In this document: piece by piece, positions 18,848-28,685 of the stretch
Layout of the letters: each line of letters begins with the position of its first letter
Numbering within the stretch: the stretch's first letter is position 1
Source of the DNA: Bacteroidales bacterium
Lineage (GTDB): Bacteria > Bacteroidota > Bacteroidia > Bacteroidales > 4484-276
NCBI GenBank assembly: GCA_012523265.1
Contig: JAAYIU010000071.1
Span: 1 to 40,190 of the forward strand
Length of the DNA: 40,190 nucleotides
Direction: 5' to 3'
Translations under genes and position numbers: made by a program
The notes under the pieces: generated by a model
The model's input: the letters and a program-made list of their open reading frames with translations, nothing else
Database searches by the model: none
Told to the model about the DNA's origin: nothing

Positions 18848-18855
18848 TATTTTTG
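18848..18855 (+). promoter_or_regulatory. -7 box for wza-wzc
   Basis: TATTTTTG matches TAnnTTTG. Confidence 0.6.
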
Positions 18856-18902
18856 CGCTCATTTTAAGCAATCTTACGTACATGCTGCAAAAGCCCTCAG
18901 TG

Positions 18903-19703
18903 ATGAAAAACCCAATGTCCTATATTCTTCGTGTCCTTGTTTTGCTTGTGACAGGGTCGCTGTTTTTCTCGTCGTGTATCCCGATGAAACGCATCGAGTA
19001 TCTGCAACAGGAAGCCCGCAAAGGGGATACCACCCGCACCCATTTTAAGAACATGAATCTTACCACCTACCGCATACAGGCAGGCGATAACCTTTACATC
19101 AAGGTGAACAGTGTGATGGCTGTGTCTGAAAACATTTTTGCTGAAGAAGGCTCCCGAACCAGCAACAACTATTACAGCGATGCTGGCATTTACCTGAACA
19201 GCTATCTGGTAAACGAAGAGGGCTACATCGACTTCCCCTATGTGGGCAGCATCTATGTGAAAGACCTGAGCGTGGAGCAGGCCAAAGATTTAATATCGGG
19301 CATCGTAAAAGATTACATCAAAGAATCGACGGTAGTGGTGCGGCTGGCGCTGTTTCAAATTTCTGCGTTGGGCGAGGTGAATCGCTCAGGACAAATGAGC
19401 ATTTATCAAAATCAGGTAACTATCTTCGACGTCATTGCTATGGCCGGCGATATGACCACCTTTGCCCGTCGCGACCAGGTGATCATCATACGTGAAAACC
19501 CCGATGGCGTTAAAACAAAAAAAATAAACCTCAATGATTTGTCAATCTTCGACAGCGAATATTACTACATTCAGCCCAACGACATCATTTACGTGCCGCC
19601 GGTAAAAGGCAAAAACTTTGCGTTCAGCCAATTTCCCTACGCACTGGTATTTTCGACCATCTCCACAACACTGCTTCTTATTAATTTTTTCCAAACAAAC
19701 TAA
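18903..19703 (+). CDS. wza: Polysaccharide export lipoprotein (Wza/Poly_export family)
   Basis: Lipobox FSSC; YRIQAGDNL, GYIDFPYVG, GEV, AGD and IQPNDIIYV motifs; start uncertain (18882, 18903 or 18915). Confidence 0.85.
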   Translation: MKNPMSYILRVLVLLVTGSLFFSSCIPMKRIEYLQQEARKGDTTRTHFKNMNLTTYRIQAGDNLYIKVNSVMAVSENIFAEEGSRTSNNYYSDAGIYLNSYLVNEEGYIDFPYVGSIYVKDLSVEQAKDLISGIVKDYIKESTVVVRLALFQISALGEVNRSGQMSIYQNQVTIFDVIAMAGDMTTFARRDQVIIIRENPDGVKTKKINLNDLSIFDSEYYYIQPNDIIYVPPVKGKNFAFSQFPYALVFSTISTTLLLINFFQTN

Positions 19704-19711
19704 TACAATAA

Positions 19712-22165
19712 GTGGAACCTAATCTCAACAGCCAATTATCGAATCAGGAAGAATCGATCGACATCAAACTGTTATTTATCAAGTTTTTCAGATACTGGTA
19801 TTTCTTTGCCCTCACCGTTTTTGTTGCACTGGTGATCGCTTTTCTTTTTAATAAATACACCAAACCAGTGTATGAAGTGAAGACTACCGTGCTGATTAAA
19901 GACGACAAAGCCGGACAAAATCTCATCGGCATCGGCATTGGCAACAGCCAACAAAATCTGGAAAACGAAATGGGGATCATCAACTCTTATGCGCTTGCTG
20001 CACGCACCATCAACAACCTGAATTTTGAAGTTTCCTACTACAAAGAAGATAATTTTATTACCAGCGAGTTGTACAAGTCGTCGCCCTTTGAGGTGGTGAT
20101 GGACACCGCGCATGTGCAACCCATCAATGTAAAGTTCAGCATCATCATCCAAAGCAACTCAGCTTACCAGCTCATACTTCAGGCCGAAAATGCCTCGCTC
20201 TACAGCTTTGGAGAACGCGAGGAAATTTCTACCGTCGACGACCCGATTGTGATAAACAAAACCTACAAATTTGGTGAAGAGATAGAAACCGATATTTTTA
20301 AATTCACCATTTTGCTTACTGAAAACTTCGACAAGGAAGCTATCAACCAAAACCTGTCGTTTGTTTTTAACGATTACCAAAGTCTGATCAGAACCTTCAG
20401 AAGCACCAAGCTGGAGCCTATCAACCGCGAGGCTTCCATCATCGACATCTCGATAAAAGGTGGTAATGCCCAAAAGCTTTCGGATTACCTCAACGAGCTA
20501 ACCAACCAGTATCTGCTGCGTGGCATCGAGAAGAAAAATCAAATTGCTGAGAACACCATTCGCTTTATCAACTCCGAGCTGGTAGATATCACCGATTCGC
20601 TGACATACACCGAGGGTGAGCTGCAAGATTTCAGGGTAAGCAACGAATTTATGGATATGGATTTCAAATCCACACAGGTATTTGAAGGGATGAAGCAATT
20701 TCAGGATCAAAAGGCGCAGCTCATCGTCAAGGCCAAATATTACCGCAACCTGCAGGATTATCTAAAGAAAAACCAGGACAACATCGACGACATTGTGATT
20801 CCTTCGTCGATGGGTATTGAAGACCCGTTGCTTTCACAGCTCATCAGCGGACTGGCCGAACTCTATTCAAAACGAGCCGAGGCCTTGTTCAGCTCTTCAG
20901 AGAAAAACCCGCAGGTAGCAGCCATCGACCAGCGCATCCGCACCACCAAAAAAACCATCCTGGAAAACATCCAGAACATCGTCGTTACTTCCGAAATTTC
21001 TATCAAAGACATCGACGGCCGCATAGCGGCACTTAACCGGGAAATGAACCGACTGCCCGAAACCCAGCGTCGACTGGTAGGCATACAGCGGAAGTACAAG
21101 CTCAACGATGCGCTGTACACTTTCCTGCTGCAGAAACGCTCCGAAGCACAAATAGCCAAGGCCAGCAACCTGCCCGACAACGAGGTTGTCGACATTGCCC
21201 GCAGTGGCGAACAGGTGTACCCCAAGAAGAGCCTCAACTACCTCATAGCATTGGTGCTCGGATTGTTACTCCCGGTAGCTTACATTTTGGGTAAAGATTA
21301 TTTTAATGATAAAATCATCGAGCGCAAAGACATCGAAAAGATTACCAACGTACCAATTGTCGGGCACGTGATTCACAACAGCAAGGAATCGGCACTCGTG
21401 GTGAGCGAATCGCCAAAGTCGAGCATCGCCGAATCGTTCCGCTCCATTCGTACCAACCTGCAGTATCTTACCAAAGGCAAAGAGAAGCAGGTGATATTGG
21501 TAACCAGCGACATGGTGGGCGCCGGCAAGACGTTTATTGCCATGAACATCGCCTCCATCTTTGCCATGTATGATAAGAAAACCCTGCTCATGGGCTTCGA
21601 CCTGCGCAAGCCCAAAATTTATCAGGACTTTGGCCTCACCAACACCGAAGGCATCAGCTCCTATCTTATCAACAAGAGCAGCTTTGAAGACATCGTTCAA
21701 ACCTCACCGGTAAAGAATCTCGACATCATTATGGGAGGCCCTGTGCCACCCAACCCCGCCGAGCTTATCGCGTCAGCAAAAACCAACGAGCTGATGAAAC
21801 GCGTGATGGAGGAGTACGACTTTGTGATCATCGACACCCCGCCGGTGGGTCTGGTTACAGATGCTTTCCTGCTGATGAAATATACCGACGCCAACCTGTT
21901 CCTGGTGCGCCAAAACTACACCAACAAGAAAATCTTCGAGTCGATTATCAAAGACATCGAAAACCGCAAGATGCCCAACATGTACATCCTCATCAACGAC
22001 GTGAAGCTGGGCAAAGGCTCCTACGGCTATGGTTACGGGTATGGATACGGATACGGCTATGGATACGGATACGGATATGGCTACGGCTATGGTTACGGCT
22101 ATTACTCCGAAGACGAGAAAACCGATAAGAAATCCATCATCAGCAAGCTTTTCGGGAAAGCGTAA
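19712..22165 (+). CDS. wzc: Polysaccharide co-polymerase / BY tyrosine autokinase (Wzc)
   Basis: Two TM segments flanking a periplasmic coiled region; ESFRSIRTNL, Walker A GAGKT, DLRKP, PPNPAEL, IIDTPP; C-terminal (YG)13YY. Confidence 0.92.
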   Translation: MEPNLNSQLSNQEESIDIKLLFIKFFRYWYFFALTVFVALVIAFLFNKYTKPVYEVKTTVLIKDDKAGQNLIGIGIGNSQQNLENEMGIINSYALAARTINNLNFEVSYYKEDNFITSELYKSSPFEVVMDTAHVQPINVKFSIIIQSNSAYQLILQAENASLYSFGEREEISTVDDPIVINKTYKFGEEIETDIFKFTILLTENFDKEAINQNLSFVFNDYQSLIRTFRSTKLEPINREASIIDISIKGGNAQKLSDYLNELTNQYLLRGIEKKNQIAENTIRFINSELVDITDSLTYTEGELQDFRVSNEFMDMDFKSTQVFEGMKQFQDQKAQLIVKAKYYRNLQDYLKKNQDNIDDIVIPSSMGIEDPLLSQLISGLAELYSKRAEALFSSSEKNPQVAAIDQRIRTTKKTILENIQNIVVTSEISIKDIDGRIAALNREMNRLPETQRRLVGIQRKYKLNDALYTFLLQKRSEAQIAKASNLPDNEVVDIARSGEQVYPKKSLNYLIALVLGLLLPVAYILGKDYFNDKIIERKDIEKITNVPIVGHVIHNSKESALVVSESPKSSIAESFRSIRTNLQYLTKGKEKQVILVTSDMVGAGKTFIAMNIASIFAMYDKKTLLMGFDLRKPKIYQDFGLTNTEGISSYLINKSSFEDIVQTSPVKNLDIIMGGPVPPNPAELIASAKTNELMKRVMEEYDFVIIDTPPVGLVTDAFLLMKYTDANLFLVRQNYTNKKIFESIIKDIENRKMPNMYILINDVKLGKGSYGYGYGYGYGYGYGYGYGYGYGYGYGYYSEDEKTDKKSIISKLFGKA

Positions 22166-22204
22166 TCCCTATCATTTTTTAACGCTTCCATGGAAAATAA
22201 AGCT

Positions 22205-22920
22205 GTCCACTAATTTCCGCTAATCTTTTTTTTAACCACAGAGAACGCAGAGAAGACGCAAAGAGCGCGGAGGAAAATCTCTGTGCACACTGTGAAAAAC
22301 TCCGTGTCCTCTGTGGTTTTTCTTTGGTTTTAATCTAAAATTCGTGCTCATTCGCCTAATTTGTGTGAATTCGCGGATGCTTTTGACCGTCCACTAATTT
22401 CCGCTAATTTTTTTTTAACCACAGAGAACGCAGAGAAGACGCAAAGAACGCGGAGGAAAATCTCTGTGCACTCTGCGAAAAACTCCGTGACCTCTGTGGT
22501 TTTTCTTTGGTTTTAATATAAAATTCGTGCTCATTCGCCTGATTCGTGTGAATTCGCGGATGCTTTTGACCATCCGCTAATTTCAGCTAATCTTTTTTTA
22601 ACCACATAGAGAACGCAGAGAAGACGCAAAGAACGCGGAGGGAAATCTCTGTGCACTCTGTGAAAAACTCCGTGACCTCTGTGGTTTTTCTTTGGTTTTA
22701 ATATAAAATTCGTGTTCATTCGCCTAATTCGTGCGAATTCGAGGATAAACCGGCTGTCCGCTAATTTCCGCCAATTGAGCTAATTTCCGCTAATTATTTT
22801 TAACCACAGAGAACGCAGAGAAGACGCAAAGAACGCGGAGGAAAATCTCTGTGCACTCTGTGAAAAACTCCGCGGCCTCTGTGGTTTTTCTTAAAATTGA
22901 ATTCGTGTGAATTCGCGGAC
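22205..22920. repeat. Tandem array of four ~184-bp nested-palindrome units
   Basis: Units start at about 22205, 22389, 22572 and 22756. Each has an inner 85-87 bp AACCAC...CTCTGTGGTT palindrome enclosed by TCCRCTAATTTCCGCTAAT ... ATTCGTGTGAATTCGCGGA arms. Confidence 0.95.
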
Positions 22921-22927
22921 TTCATTA

Positions 22928-24370
22928 TCATTTAGCGACAGCGAAAACACGCCTTCTCATCCACCACAACAAAAGATACACCACTGCCGAAGTGGTAATA
23001 CCAAAGATATTGGCATCGAGGCCGAAAGGTAAATTCCATTCGGCGATGATAAGGGTGATGGTGGTAGTGCCACCAAGCAACATAGCTGCAAATGCCGCCA
23101 CCTTATCGGGCTGGCGCGTGTACAAAGCCGCAATGACAGGAACAAAAAGTCCGGAAACCATAAAAGCGTAAGAATAGAGCATTAGCTCCAGCACGTTTTG
23201 CATGGTGGTGGCAAGCAATAGCGCCAGCGCTCCAATGAGAAATGTAAGCAGTTGCGAGATGCGCAACATGGCCTTGCCTGTGGGAAGCTTCACCAGGCGG
23301 CTCACGATATCGGTAAGCACATTGCCCGACGAGGCCATCAGGCAACTATCAGCGGTGGACATGATGGCCGAGAAATATGCCGACATCATCAGCCCCATCA
23401 GGCCTACCGGTAAAATGGTGCGCAGCAGCAGCGGCAGCCCCATTTCGGGATCGATATCGCTTAACGAATTAAATCCAAGATACTCGAACATACCTTCCTG
23501 CAGCGCTACACGCGAAAAAAGCCCCAACAGCACGCCCATAAATGCCATGAGCGGCCACTCGAAAACGCCTGCTATAAACCATGCTTTGCGTGCCTGTCGT
23601 TCGCTGTTGCTGGCATAGATGCGCTGGTAGAGTGTCATACCCACAAACCAGATGGGAATAATGGTTACCGCCCAGTTGACAATGGTTTGCCACGACACGT
23701 TGGTCATGCTGAAAAAACGTGCCGGCAATGCAGCCAGAATGCTTTGGTATCCGCCTAAAGCGAAATAACTCAATGGGATGCCGATAAGGATAAGTCCGGA
23801 GATAAGCAGCAGCCATTGGATGGTATCGGTATAAATTACGGCCTTGAGACCACCCATCACGGTGTAGGCCACGGTGATGATGCCCATTATCAAGAGCGCA
23901 GTATCGAAACTAAGGTTTACAAATGAAGCAGAGGCCAGCTTGGCTCCGGCCAGAATTTGGGAGCTGGTAAAGCCCATGTAGCCAATAGCCGAAATAATGC
24001 CCGCCAGAATGGCTACCTCTTTGCCATAGAAATGCCTAAAGATTTCGGGGAAGGTGAAAAACTTATGTTTTGTCGAAAGGCGAAAAACACGCGGGATAAG
24101 AACAACAGCACTCAGCCAGGCACCGATAAGACCGGTAAAGAGCATCCAGGAGCCGGCCAGCCCCAGCACAAAACCCAATCCACCAAGGCCAATAGAAAAA
24201 CCGCCACCCACATCGGTGGCTACCACCGACAAGCCAATATGCCAACTGCCCATGGTGCGGCCACCCACAAAATAATCCTCAGCGCTGGTGTTGCGACGCA
24301 TGAAATAATACCCAACACCCAACATCGCCAACATGTAAAGAACAAATATCGAAAGGTCGATCCAATGCAT
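22928..24370 (-). CDS. Sodium:solute symporter (SSS) family transporter
   Basis: Highly hydrophobic; EDYFVGGR, YTVMGGLKAVIYTDTIQ and SAIMSTADS motifs. Confidence 0.9.
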   Translation of the reverse strand: MHWIDLSIFVLYMLAMLGVGYYFMRRNTSAEDYFVGGRTMGSWHIGLSVVATDVGGGFSIGLGGLGFVLGLAGSWMLFTGLIGAWLSAVVLIPRVFRLSTKHKFFTFPEIFRHFYGKEVAILAGIISAIGYMGFTSSQILAGAKLASASFVNLSFDTALLIMGIITVAYTVMGGLKAVIYTDTIQWLLLISGLILIGIPLSYFALGGYQSILAALPARFFSMTNVSWQTIVNWAVTIIPIWFVGMTLYQRIYASNSERQARKAWFIAGVFEWPLMAFMGVLLGLFSRVALQEGMFEYLGFNSLSDIDPEMGLPLLLRTILPVGLMGLMMSAYFSAIMSTADSCLMASSGNVLTDIVSRLVKLPTGKAMLRISQLLTFLIGALALLLATTMQNVLELMLYSYAFMVSGLFVPVIAALYTRQPDKVAAFAAMLLGGTTTITLIIAEWNLPFGLDANIFGITTSAVVYLLLWWMRRRVFAVAK

Positions 24371-24400
24371 ATGCTATTTTTAAATGAATAAAACAGCGGA

Positions 24401-24408
24401 CAAAACTA
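24401..24408 (-). promoter_or_regulatory. -7 box for the SSS transporter
   Basis: CAAAACTA reads TAGTTTTG on the minus strand. Confidence 0.55.
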
Positions 24409-24656
24409 CCAAAAATGAAGTTTTGACAAAACATCCCCTACCGGACAAGTTCAAAAAGATCATAAAATAATGCCCAACGAAATCTTAAAATTAAAAACAC
24501 AACCTCAAACATTGAACAACTATTTGAACAAATATCAGGCATGGTCAGTTTGATAGGTAAATAAGCAAACAGCCACAAAAGCTGCCCAGACATAAAATTT
24601 CTGCCCATAAAAAACAGTTACTTTCGTCAACCGATAAAAAAAATATGGATTGAACC

Positions 24657-25247
24657 ATGGACAAAATAAGACTTGAGATTTTAGGAATGTCGTACAGCCA
24701 GTCGCAAAGTGGCGCCTATGCGCTAATCCTTAGCGAAAGTAAAGGCCAGCGGCGGCTGCCCATCATCATTGGCGGTTTCGAGGCACAGGCCATCGCCATT
24801 GAGCTGGAAAAAATGAAGCCGGCACGTCCGCTTACCCACGACCTCCTGAAGAGTGTGGCTGATGCTTACAACATCAACGTCCGTGAGGTGGTGATCAACA
24901 AATTTTTTGAAGGTGTTTTTTACGCACAGCTTTTTTGCGACGACGGTAAAAAAACCACCGAGATCGATTCGCGCACTTCTGATGCGGTAGCACTGGCCAT
25001 CCGTTTCAACTGCCCCATCTATACCACCGAAAAAATTATGAGCGAAGCCGGCATTATCGTTAAAGAAGAGAAAAACAAACAAGAAGAAAAAGAGTGGCTG
25101 CCCAATCAGCCCAAAGGACAGCGCCCTTTCGACAAAAAATCCATCACCGAGCTAAAAGAGATGCTTCAAAAAGCTGTCGAAAAAGAAGAATACGAGAATG
25201 CTTCGATAATAAGAGATGAAATAAAGCGACGGGGTCAAACAAAATAA
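24657..25247 (+). CDS. Bifunctional nuclease family (DUF151) protein with C-terminal UVR domain
   Basis: LPIIIGGFEAQAI, RPLTHDL, IDSRTSDAVALA; C-terminal AVEKEEYENASIIRDEI UVR motif. Confidence 0.9.
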   Translation: MDKIRLEILGMSYSQSQSGAYALILSESKGQRRLPIIIGGFEAQAIAIELEKMKPARPLTHDLLKSVADAYNINVREVVINKFFEGVFYAQLFCDDGKKTTEIDSRTSDAVALAIRFNCPIYTTEKIMSEAGIIVKEEKNKQEEKEWLPNQPKGQRPFDKKSITELKEMLQKAVEKEEYENASIIRDEIKRRGQTK

Positions 25248-25295
25248 TGATATTTGCAGCTCTTTTTTTCAAAGCTGTTTTTATTATTATTTTTT

Positions 25296-27035
25296 ATGAT
25301 GAGAAAACCCTTGTTGCTCCTGCTCACGCTGCTCCTTAGCTTTACGCTTTTTTCACAATCCTCACCTACCTCCGACGACACCACCCTCCGGCTACTTTCG
25401 GCACACTGGATAGCGGTATCGGCTGCCGATAGTTTAGGAAATGCTGTGAACATACCACCCGGACAAGCGCATTTAAATCTGAAAGGTGATTCAGGTCTTT
25501 TTGAACAAAAATTTACCGAAGCCTCCCCAGCATACACAGGACAATGGGCTTTACATCAGAAAAATCTCATTCTTAATTACGATCCCACCACCATTCCCGA
25601 CAGCCTGCCCAAAATCGACAGCCGTAAATACGACATCGCTGCCATAGCCAACGACACGCTAAAACTCGTTGCCGACGGCACCACAATCGTTTACCTGCGC
25701 GAAAAACATGTGGTGGCATCGGTGGTAAAACGTGGCGGCGGCATGACCGTGACGACGCTGCTGCGCGGCCTGCTAGGCATGATCGTACTCATCTTTCTGG
25801 CCTGGCTTTTCAGCTCCAACCGCAAAGCCGTATCGTGGCGCGTGGTAGGCGTAGGCCTGCTCATACAGATAAGCATAGCGCTGGGAATCCTCTTTATCCC
25901 ATTCATCGAAGACTTTTTTGGCATCGTGGGCAGCATCTTTGTCGTGATTTTGGATTTTACAAAAATAGGCAGCACCTTCCTTTTCAACGATCTGATGGAC
26001 ATCCCCAAAGCAGGCTACATCTTTGCTTTGCAGATTTTGCCCACCATCATCTTCTTTTCCGCTTTGACGAGCGTACTTTTTTATCTGGGGATAATACAAA
26101 AAGTGGTGTGGGTGATGGCCTGGCTGATGACCAAGGCGCTGCGCATCTCCGGCGCCGAAAGCCTCTCGGTGGCCGGCAACATCTTTCTGGGCCAAACCGA
26201 ATCGCCGCTGATGATAAAAGCCTATCTCCCAAAGATGAACGATTCGGAGATGCTGCTGGTGATGATTGGCGGCATGGCCACAGTAGCCGGCGGCGTAATG
26301 GCTGCCTACATCAGCTTCCTGGGCGGCGACGACCCGGTGCAGCGGCTGATGTATGCGCGCCACCTGCTCACTGCCTCGGTAATGGCAGCTCCCGGCGCCA
26401 TCGTAATGTCGAAAATCCTGATGCCACAAACCGAATCTGTAGATATGAAAGTGGAGGTGACGCAGGAGAAAATTGGTAAAAACTTCCTCGACGCACTCTC
26501 AAACGGCACCACCGAAGGCCTCAAGCTGGCCGCCAACGTCGGCGCCATGCTGCTGGTATTTTTTGCCTTTATCGCCATGATGAATTTTATTTTGCTAAAA
26601 ATCGGCGTGTGGACCAACCTCAACGTAAGCATCGCCGCACTCACCAGCGGACAATACACCGAGCTGTCGATGGAGTTTATCCTGGGCTACACCTTTGCAC
26701 CGCTGATGTGGATAATAGGTGTCGGGCCGCAGGACATCACACTGGTTGGGCAACTGCTGGGCGAAAAGCTCATCGCCAGCGAGTTTGTGGGGTATACCAG
26801 CCTGGCCTCCATGAAAGAAACGGGGTTGTTTACCGATCAAAAATCGGTGATCATGGCTACTTACATGCTTTGCGGCTTTGCCAACTTCGCCTCCATCGGC
26901 ATCCAGATTGGCGGCATCGGCGGACTGGCACCCAACAAGCGTTGGTTCCTGTCGAAATACGGAATGAAAGCGCTGATTGGCGGTACGCTGGCCTCGCTGC
27001 TTTCGGCCACCATTATTGGAGCGATTATCGGGTAA
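25296..27035 (+). CDS. NupC/CNT family Na+-dependent nucleoside transporter with N-terminal extracytoplasmic extension
   Basis: LPTIIFFSAL, GAESLSVAGNIFLGQTESPL, GGMATVAG, EFVGY and CGFANFASIGIQIGG motifs; start set at ATG 25296. Confidence 0.9.
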   Translation: MMRKPLLLLLTLLLSFTLFSQSSPTSDDTTLRLLSAHWIAVSAADSLGNAVNIPPGQAHLNLKGDSGLFEQKFTEASPAYTGQWALHQKNLILNYDPTTIPDSLPKIDSRKYDIAAIANDTLKLVADGTTIVYLREKHVVASVVKRGGGMTVTTLLRGLLGMIVLIFLAWLFSSNRKAVSWRVVGVGLLIQISIALGILFIPFIEDFFGIVGSIFVVILDFTKIGSTFLFNDLMDIPKAGYIFALQILPTIIFFSALTSVLFYLGIIQKVVWVMAWLMTKALRISGAESLSVAGNIFLGQTESPLMIKAYLPKMNDSEMLLVMIGGMATVAGGVMAAYISFLGGDDPVQRLMYARHLLTASVMAAPGAIVMSKILMPQTESVDMKVEVTQEKIGKNFLDALSNGTTEGLKLAANVGAMLLVFFAFIAMMNFILLKIGVWTNLNVSIAALTSGQYTELSMEFILGYTFAPLMWIIGVGPQDITLVGQLLGEKLIASEFVGYTSLASMKETGLFTDQKSVIMATYMLCGFANFASIGIQIGGIGGLAPNKRWFLSKYGMKALIGGTLASLLSATIIGAIIG

Positions 27036-27040
27036 ACGGT

Positions 27041-27144
27041 GTTCGTTGTTTGTTGTTTGTTGTTCGTTGTTTGTTGTTTGTTGCTCAAAATTGTTCTTAC
27101 TGAAGGCTGGTAACTGCTAACTGTGAATTGTGGACTGTTGTCTG
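27041..27144. repeat. Two adjacent 7-bp-period tracts
   Basis: (GTTCGTT GTTTGTT GTTTGTT) x2 at 27041-27082; degenerate CTGnnnn x6 at 27100-27144. Confidence 0.8.
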
Positions 27145-27227
27145 CCTTTTATTTTGAACACAAGCTACCTGCAACAGGTTAATGTTTCGCTAATAAATAT
27201 TTCTAAGATATTAACTACCGAAACTAC

Positions 27228-28685
27228 ATGAACAATAGAATAACAATAGCCAAAGGCGATGGCATCGGGCCGGAAATAATGGATGCAACACTGCGTATTA
27301 TGCAGGCAGCCGGCGTTGAGCTGGAATACGATTTCATCGAAATTGGCGAAAAAGTTTACCACCAGGGGCATAAGTCGGGTATCACGCCTGAATCGTGGGA
27401 TTTGCTCAGGCGCAACAAAATATTTCTGAAAGCGCCCATCACCACGCCACAGGGAGGCGGCTACAAAAGCCTAAACGTAACCATCCGCAAGTCGTTGGGG
27501 TTGTTTAGCAATGTGCGTCCCTGCCGCGCCTATACGCCTTATGTGCACTCCAACTTCCCAAAAATGGATCTGTGTATTGTGCGCGAAAACGAGGAAGACC
27601 TCTATGCCGGCATCGAACATCAGCAAACTGCCGAAGTGGTGCAGTGCCTCAAGCTGGTATCCCGCCCGGGCAGCGAGCGCATTATCCGCTACGCTTTCGA
27701 ATATGCCCGCGCCTACAACCGCCGCAAGGTTACCTGTATGACCAAAGACAATATTATGAAACATACCGATGGCTTGTTTCATCAGTTGTTTGATAAAATA
27801 GCGCTGGAATATCCCGACATTATCAGTGAGCACCGCATCATCGACATCGGCGCGGCTTTGCTGGCCGAACGTCCCGAAGAGTTTGATGTGATTGTAACAC
27901 TCAACCTTTACGGCGACATCATCTCCGACATTGCGGCGCAGGTGGCCGGATCAGTTGGCCTGGGAGGCTCAGCTAACATCGGGCAGGACTTTGCCATGTT
28001 TGAGGCCATACACGGATCGGCACCCGACATTGCCGGAAAAAATATTGCCAACCCGTCGGGGCTGCTCAACGCCGCCATCATGATGCTGGTGCATATTGGC
28101 GAAACCAAAGCAGCCGAAGCCATCGAGAATGCCTGGCTCAAAACCCTGGAGGATGGCTACCATACCGGCGATATTTTTCAGCGCGAAACGAGTTTTAAAA
28201 AAACCAGCACCGAAGAGTTTGCCGACGAAATTATACAGCGCTTTGGGCAATTGCCTTTAGACCTGACGCCGGTAAAATATGCCGCGGGACGAAGTCATAT
28301 CAATATAAAAACATCGGAACCGGTGCCCGTAACGAAACAACTCGAGGGTGTCGACATCTTCCTGGACTGGAGTGAACCCGGTCGCAATCCGGCGGTTTTG
28401 GGCAAAAAACTCAAAAGTCTTACCCGTTCGCCACTTAAGCTAAAGATGATCACCAACCGCGGCGTGAAGGTTTATCCCGACGGACTTCCTGAAACCTTCT
28501 GCACCGACCACTGGCGCTGCCGTTTTGTGGCCAATCCGGGAGCAGCAAAAAACACTGAAATTACGCACAACGACATCATCACACTGATGACGGAGTTGAA
28601 TGAGCGTAATTTTGATTGTATTAAAACAGAAAACCTCTACAGCATCGACGGGCAACGTGGATATTCGCTGGGGCAAGGTGAATAA
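27228..28685 (+). CDS. icd: NADP-dependent isocitrate dehydrogenase
   Basis: GDGIGPEI, KAPITTPQGGGYKSLNV, RENEEDLY, KDNIMK, NLYGDIISD and FEAIHGSAPDIAG motifs. Confidence 0.93.
   Translation: MNNRITIAKGDGIGPEIMDATLRIMQAAGVELEYDFIEIGEKVYHQGHKSGITPESWDLLRRNKIFLKAPITTPQGGGYKSLNVTIRKSLGLFSNVRPCRAYTPYVHSNFPKMDLCIVRENEEDLYAGIEHQQTAEVVQCLKLVSRPGSERIIRYAFEYARAYNRRKVTCMTKDNIMKHTDGLFHQLFDKIALEYPDIISEHRIIDIGAALLAERPEEFDVIVTLNLYGDIISDIAAQVAGSVGLGGSANIGQDFAMFEAIHGSAPDIAGKNIANPSGLLNAAIMMLVHIGETKAAEAIENAWLKTLEDGYHTGDIFQRETSFKKTSTEEFADEIIQRFGQLPLDLTPVKYAAGRSHINIKTSEPVPVTKQLEGVDIFLDWSEPGRNPAVLGKKLKSLTRSPLKLKMITNRGVKVYPDGLPETFCTDHWRCRFVANPGAAKNTEITHNDIITLMTELNERNFDCIKTENLYSIDGQRGYSLGQGE

Noticed and set aside
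22205-22920. CRISPR array or other guide-RNA array
   Set aside because: Units are near-identical over their full ~184 bp, with no unique spacers and no cas or other effector gene nearby.
24481-24530. Possible further heptamer tract (AACCTCA AACATTG AAC)
   Set aside because: Too short and degenerate to distinguish from AT-rich promoter DNA.
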